In this document: positions 59,416-64,000 of the stretch, one piece after another | How positions within the stretch are numbered: the first letter of the stretch is position 1 | Layout: every line of letters starts with the position of its first letter | Assembly (NCBI GenBank): GCA_965113315.1 | Contig: OZ220375.1 | Length of the DNA: 64,000 nucleotides | Source of the DNA: Podarcis vaucheri | Taxonomy: Eukaryota | Direction: 5' to 3' (one strand) | Translations under genes and position numbers: made by a program | Notes under the pieces: model-generated | Database searches by the model: none | Told to the model about the DNA's origin: nothing | What the model saw: the letters and a program-made list of their open reading frames with translations, nothing else

Positions 59416-62128
59416 TGGGATGGAGACTTCATATTGCTTTTCGGATGAACCCACTAGTTTCTCTTGAAAGGATCTGGACAGCAAAAGCCTGGTGGGAACA
59501 GGAAGGCAAGACCCAAAATACCAGCAAAGGATTTAATCTCTGTTGATGGCTGGGTCATGAGTGTTAACTATAATTTTCACAGGGGTTCTGGCAGAACCAA
59601 GCAATCTGGTTCTCATTACTGCAAATAAATATATTTTCCCGCACCAGTAGAGTAATAAGAAAGTCCTGGCTAAATAAATCACTTGAAGTTACATTAAGCT
59701 ACAAAGAACATGGATTTATCATTGTTCCTCTCCGCCCCCGCCCCCCCAAATAAATCCCAGTACATTTTTTCCCATTTGCTTCTCAAGAAAAGGTGAGAGT
59801 GCCCACAGTGATGGCTGGTGCCCATTGGGGCTGGTAGGGTGGAATGCAGGGATGTCAACTGTAGGTGCAGCCAAAGCCAATGAGAGGTGGAGCCAACCAC
59901 TTTTCACCCCACACTCCTCCCTGTTGAGTTGGGGGGGGGCAGTGCCTCATATACCCTCAAGGACCAGCCATGTGGGGCTCATCTTGAGCTATGTCCAGTC
60001 TCTACCCCTCAATATCTGCCACCTGAGGCAGCCACCGTCTCTCTGCCTAATGTTAGGGCCGGCCCCGACTGCAGAGCATCAAAGTGGCAGTGCCCCACAA
60101 CAAACTAGATGTGTTTCAAGGAAGGATCAAGACTTGAAGGTGGTCAAGAAAGCCAGTATCAGAGGGTGGTGGCATGGAGAAAAATCCTGAGCCTCAAAAA
60201 CAACGTCCTGCACCAAAGCTGTTTTTGCTTTATATTTGGGAAGAACAGGTTTACAGGTTCCCCTGCTTCTTGTCTTCCACACCCCAGATCTCTTTCCGCT
60301 GTGAAGAATTACCTCCTTTTCACAGCACCTGAGATAGAATGAGCACTCATACAAGCAGCATATTGCTGGCGTGTTAAGATGAGCCACACACAAGACAGGT
60401 TTTTCCTGCCTGTTTTATCTTTCTGTCTACCCTGCCTCCTGGCACACTGAGTTTGAACACGAATCCGAACTGATGGATTCCTCGGAATTTGGCAAGTTAA
60501 TCAAAGGCTTCCTAGATCCATTTCCTGCTGTGTTAATCAAAGTATTGTCATCACATTTATTAACTGGCCTTCACCAGAAAGTGCCACAGCAGGTTACAAT
60601 TTGGAATTCAAAATTAAGCACAGCTGAAACAGATTGCTGTCACAGGAATTGGGTGGGTCTTGAAAACACACATCTCAGATGCCAAAGAGATGCCTCTTCA
60701 GCACTGGCCAAAAGATGTGTGGGGAAGAAGCCAGATACACCTTTGTAGGGAAAGAATTCCACAGAAAATGTCTTCTCCTGGTCCATTCCCACCCCTCTGC
60801 TGATCTTAACACCTGGGAGGGTAAGGAAGGGACCAGTCTTTTAAGATATTTCAGGACTCCCATTTCAGAATCCGATTGCATTTCAAACATGTCATTTTCA
60901 CTTGCAATCTTTTTGGCATTTAGGGCTGCACAACTGAGGGCTTATGCCTGGGTTTCTGAGAAGGCAGAATTTTGCTGTATTGGTGGGGGGAAAGGACAAG
61001 AGTTTAAAGATGCCAGTCCCAATGGAGCTCAGGTGAGAAGACCTGGCGAAGCCACCAGCCGCTCTGCGCTTTCGTCATCCCCGTTTGCAGAATAGGAACA
61101 TTTTAAAAGTCTGACTTCAGGCCTATAAACTTTGCACCATTTCCGCCATATGCATCCCTCCCAAAGGGGCTTGTCCACACAGGTCTCCAGTTTCAGTAAA
61201 ACAGCAGCTGTCACATTTAGGCCTCATTGAGCTCAGGCGAGATTTTTACCAGCTCCACCTGGGCTGGTGAGGCATCTCCCTGCTGATATGCAAAAATTTC
61301 CACCCACCTATAATCTACGCAGCTGGTAGATTGATGTGAACTGTTTTGATCCTCCCCTGTTGCTAGGTTCCTACACTGCAGTAACCAACCACAGCCAGTG
61401 CTGGCGTCTGAATCAAAATATAGGCCGATCGTTGCCATGCCAGGCTGAAGGCAGTCCGTGCCTGTAAAAGGAGCACCAGGGAAGACTTCAATAGCCATGT
61501 TGTCTTGTCACAGAGACTATAGGCTAGAACAGAGGGGGGTGGTTGTGGCCCTCCAGATACTGATGGACTACAATTCCCATCATTCCTGATCACAGGCTAT
61601 GTTGGCTGATGCTCATGGGAGCTGGAGTCCAGCTGGAAGGTCACAGGTTCCCCATCCCTGGGCTTGACTGGGAATGTTTACTAAGGAGCCAAGAAAGCAT
61701 TTAGTCAGTGCATGGATTTCTGCTTATGGATTAGATGAGCCTTTGGGTCGCCCCTTCCAGCTCTAGGATCCTATAATAGGATTTTTCCACCACTCCCTTC
61801 CCTCGCAAGTCCCCTAAATCTAGCGTGGGGATTTCTTCAACCCCCTGCAGAGCAGATCTGGGTACAGAAAAATTGTGCAAGCAGGAATCCTTGCGTAGAT
61901 GGGATGCTTACGTAGAGATGCACTGAATACGAGCCTAAATGCTCAGTTTAGGCAACAGGGGGAACTATGGTGCAAAGCATGCAAGCCCACATGGGGGGGG
62001 GCATGAGGCCTCTGAAAACCAGTTGCTGGGAATCAGAACTGGGGAGAGCTGGTGTTGCACTCAGGTCCTGTTACAACCATCTGGCTGGCCCCTGTGAGAA
62101 CAGGCATCAGCTGGATAGCACCATTGGT

Positions 62129-62881
62129 CATGGTGTCCAAACTTTTTCCAAAGAGGGCCAGATTTGATGAAGTGAAGGGCCATGGGGGCCGACCAAAGTT
62201 GTTGGTTTTTTTTAATGTATTTTTATCAAAGATTTTCTTAGTTTACAAAAGTATGTGCAATGTCTCTCTCTTTTTTCTCCAAGTTACATTTTTTACAGAT
62301 CAGTTTCATTTGTCGAGACATTAGGAAGAAGGGGGAAAGGGGGGAGAGATGGGGGTGGGGTCGGGTGGCGATGTTTCTATTTTACTTAATATATGTGGGG
62401 TTTTGTGTCAACGTTGCTTATGCAGGTTCTGTGCTATTCACTTGCGTTCCTTTGGTTGTGAGAGAGATTGGCCTAGGGTGTGGTTATTTGTTTGTGATTG
62501 GCTGTGGTGATCTTTGTTTTCATGTGTGTGAGAGAGTGGAGTGGGTGGGTGTTTTGGATCAGGTTAGCCATATTGATTTGTATCTGACCAAAGTTGCTAA
62601 CCTTCTTTTAGGATTGAAGTTGTTGACCTTTTTTTTAGGGTTGGAGTTGTTGAGGCTTTTTTAGGATTTTACCCCAGGAAATAAACTGCCACAGGGGCCA
62701 GATTAAACCGACCGGCAGGCTTTAGGCCAGATTAGGCCCCCAAAAAATGGACTTTGGACATGCCTGATTTCCTCACTCGCCGACTGCGATGACACTGGGA
62801 GAGGATCCCAGCTGAAATCCTGGCGCTGCCAGTCAGTGCCACTCAGGATTACGCCTCTGAAACAGACTTTGGACATGCCTG
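62129..62881. mobile_element. hAT-type element interrupted by an L1 3' fragment (~62205-62585, -)
   Basis: Termini catggtgtccaaact and actttggacatgcctg. A T-rich L1 tail starts at ~62205. Confidence 0.5.
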
Positions 62882-63438
62882 GACTTAGAGAATGGTGCCG
62901 ATAATGACAAGGTTGCAGGTTTGATCCCTGCATGGGGCAGCTGCATATTGCAGGGGGTTGGACTAGATGCTCCTCAGGGTCCCTTGCAACTCTACGATTC
63001 GAGGAAGCTGAACGAGATCGGCCACTGGCCTCATCCAACAGGGCCCTTCTTACACGCTAGTAATCCTACAGGAAACAAGGAAAGACACAATACAAACACT
63101 GCACCACTCCGGCTTTTTATAAATCACAATTTTAATAGAAAGTTTAATGACAAAAATCATCACGAGATGGCACCATCACTTTGGAGGAAATCCACCACAC
63201 ACAGCCAGCAGCACTCAAGACTCGGACTAAAGACAATGTACACACAACAGACACACACAAGAATCCATTTCAACTCTGACCTCTGAATCTTCAGAGGTGC
63301 GTTTTCTATCTCCACCCAGCTAACCTAGCACAGAAAGCATCCGAAAATCAACCCTGCGATCTGGCCAAAATCCCAACCCTCCCCACCCCCTTTGTAGGAA
63401 AATGCAACTGGGGGCGAGGTTACCCTTGACAGAGGGAG

Positions 63439-63444
<6 letters not shown>

Positions 63445-63481
<37 letters not shown>
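63445..63481. repeat. (AG)n microsatellite
   Basis: Direct observation. Confidence 0.95.
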
Positions 63482-63486
<5 letters not shown>

Positions 63487-64000
63487 CATCACTGGTTACT
63501 CTTGATGCCGCAGGAACAGCTGAACCCAAAATAATCTCAGTTCAAGTAAACAAGGCCCCAGTTTAATGTTCCAATGCAGTCCTGAGTTTTCCTAGTGGGC
63601 CAGAATCAACCAAGAGGGAGGGTCACCTTTGCTATGCAATCTTCACGGTTCCATTGGGTGGGGGGCAGAAGAGAGATCTCTGCCACCGCCACCCCAAATG
63701 TAGAATTCTCATCTAGACAGGCGTGTTGAAAACAAGTAACATCTTCTAGAGCTCAGCTTATGTAAACGAGGCCTCAAGGCCTGCTGCACACAAGGGAAGA
63801 CGGCTGGTTAAGGCACTCCTGGAAATCTGGGGCACCCTCATCTTGGTGAAAACAGGGCCATCACCACCCTACGTTTTCGGCCACACTGCATCCTCCGGGA
63901 CTGGAGACTCTCAACACGGCAGAGCGGCTCCTGAGGAAGGGAAAAGTCTGGCTCCTCCGTAGCGAATTTGGCGCCAAGGTTTCATGGGAAGAAATGGTTG

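Noticed and set aside
63050-64000. Possible LTR/ERV-like sequence at the window end (also ~50810-51120 and 25745-26255)
   Set aside because: No termini, TSD or protein motif could be established, so these were left unannotated.

Overview
Vertebrate genomic DNA, very likely from a squamate and probably a lacertid lizard, judged from Sauria SINE/Squam1, Squam3, BovB, L2, CR1, L1, Penelope and MITE remnants. Bases 1-39 kb hold a class II olfactory receptor (OR) cluster: two intact + strand ORs, one 5'-truncated pseudogene, four tandem OR5V1-like paralogs on the - strand and one OR10-like gene. At 42.9-55.0 kb (-) is a six-exon RING/degenerate B-box/coiled-coil/PRY-SPRY TRIM gene of the TRIM69/XNF7/A33 type (497 aa, reconstructed by hand) with a CpG-island promoter. 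The main finding is that all four OR5V1-like paralogs appear to have a split coding sequence. A conserved 18-24 nt ATG-containing segment about 0.9-1.5 kb upstream splices in phase 0 onto the main exon, and two paralogs have lost the usual internal ATG (now ATT or ATA) and would depend on it. Other findings: apparent gene conversion between paralogs, an intact minimal hammerhead ribozyme in a Penelope remnant, a thrice-repeated noncoding module with a homeodomain + O/E-like motif, a solo LTR confirmed by an empty paralogous site, nested insertions, and a possible decayed gene at 57-61.5 kb. Family names are from recalled similarity, not database searches.
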